From Isurus oxyrinchus (Eukaryota), in contig JANJGN010000026.1 in assembly GCA_026770705.1 (NCBI GenBank), positions 35,650,001 to 35,714,000 of the forward strand: DNA of 64,000 nucleotides. Direction: 5' to 3'. How positions within the stretch are numbered: the first letter of the stretch is position 1; every line of letters starts with the position of its first letter. The notes beneath the pieces were generated by a model that saw only the letters and a program-made list of their open reading frames with translations, searched no databases and was not told the DNA's origin. Shown here piece after piece: positions 62,486 through 64,000 of this stretch. Both the position numbers and the translations under genes were made by a program.

Positions 62486-62691
62486 CTCATGCAGATTATC
62501 ACAAAAACAAGTAAAAAAGCGGAGTTAATTCTGCCGTTAAACGCCCAGAGTTCAGCCTCATACCGTCTGTCCCCCAGTCTAGTTTGTAGTGAGATTGGAT
62601 TATTACCGTTAACAACTTGAGTTTTAAAACTACGAAGCGTGTGCGGATGGTGAAGGCTTCCCCGGGGTTGGTGTCGGTGAAACAGTGGAAC

Positions 62692-64000
62692 GTAGAAACA
62701 TAGAAATAGGAGCTGGAGTAGGCCGTTCGGCCCTTCGATCTTGTTCCGCCATTCAATATTATCATGGTTGATCCTGGATCTAAACATCATATTCCCGCTT
62801 TCTGTCCATACCACTTAATGCCACTAATATCCAAAAATATGTCGATTTTTTTCTTGAATATACTCAGTGACTCCATAGACTTCTTTGGTCGAGAATTCTA
62901 CAGGTTGACCACCCTCAGAGTGAAGGAATCTTCCTCATTTCGGTCGCAAATGGCCTTCCCCGTATTCTGCTGTGGACCCTGGTTCTAGACTCCCCAACCA
63001 AGGGAAACATCCTTCCTGCATCTAGTCTGTCTAGCGCTGTTAGAATTATATGTGTTTCAATCAGAACCCCTCTCATTCTTCTAAACTCTAGTGAATGCAG
63101 GCCCAGTTGAACCAATCTCTCCTCATACAACTGTCCTGCCATCCCCAGTATCAACCTCGTGAACATTCGCTCCACTCCCTCTACGGCAAATATATCTTTT
63201 CTTGCGTAGAGAGACCAAATCTGCACGCAATGCTCCTGGTGTGTTCTCACCAAGGCCCTTTGCAACTGCAGTAAAACATCCTTACTTCTGAAATCAAATC
63301 CACTTTAAATGAAGGCCAACATATCATTTGCCTTCCCAATTGCTGCACCTGTCTGTTTAGTTTCATTGGCTGGTGTACAACGACACCCAGACTCCTTCGT
63401 ACACCCATATTTCCCAATTTATCACCATTTATATAATGTTCTGACTTTCTGTTTTCACACCGAAGCGTATAACTTTATATTTATCCACGTTCTACTGCAC
63501 TTGCCATGTGATTGCCGACACAGAAAACTTGTCTAAATTGCCCTGAATCCCTCTTGCATGCTCCTCACATCTCACAGCCTCGTGCAGTTTTGTGTCGTCA
63601 GCAAACTTGGAAATATTGCATTTGGTTTCCTCATCCAAATTATCTATATATGTTGTGAATAACTGGGGCTCAAGCATTGATCGATGCGGTACACCACTAG
63701 TCAAGGCCTGCCACTGGGATAAAGACCCATTATTCCCACTGTCTGTTTCTGGTCTGTCAACCAATTCTCAGTCCAAGCCAGTATATTACCTCCAATCTCA
63801 TGTGCTTTACTTTTGTCCACTAGCCTCTTAGGTGGGACCTTATTAAAATCTTCTTGAAATCCAAATACACCAGATCTAGTGGTTCTCCGTTATCTATCCT
63901 ACTAAAAAACTCGAGTAGATTAGTTAAGCATGATTTCCCTTTCATAAACCGATGCTGACTTTGTCTAATCTCATTGATGCTTTCCAAGTGTTCAGTTATT
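62692..64000 (-). mobile_element. CR1 LINE fragment running off the window
   Basis: SGVPHRSMLEPQLF..KFADDTKL (RT), YEERLVQLGLHSLEFRRMRG; CR1 3' end at ~62700. Confidence 0.92.

Noticed and set aside
1-64000. Functional D, J or C segments, IgHV/TAILV segments, or RAG-like transposase
   Set aside because: No intact 12-RSS with FGxG J, no intact C exon, no IgHV-type framework and no transposase ORF were seen.

Overview
Vertebrate (cartilaginous fish, shark-type repeats) genomic DNA from a T-cell receptor alpha/delta V-segment array. About 20 V segments or relics lie on both strands, most followed by a recognisable 22/23-bp-spacer RSS. Only one has leader, splice sites, Cys23/Trp41/Cys104 and RSS all intact (4415-3504, minus). 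Two more are open but non-canonical (12.3-12.8 kb; 41.4-42.0 kb); the rest are pseudogenes. The last V (62 kb) is a NAR-TCR-type (IgNAR-like) V pseudogene, which points to the TCR delta part of the locus. An intact two-exon GPR139-like orphan GPCR sits inside the array (28246-30124). The remainder is CR1/L2-type LINE fragments, Penelope-like ends, Deu-domain and tRNA-derived SINEs, minisatellites, a 540-bp foldback element and two assembly gaps. The most unusual signal, read by eye and unverified, is a set of decayed exon-like stretches between the V segments that resemble TCR constant (C1-set), hinge, transmembrane and J sequences. Several follow a V in the same orientation, suggesting fossil V-(J)-C-TM mini-clusters inside a translocon-type TCR locus. 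Repeat and relic boundaries are approximate; no database searches were run.
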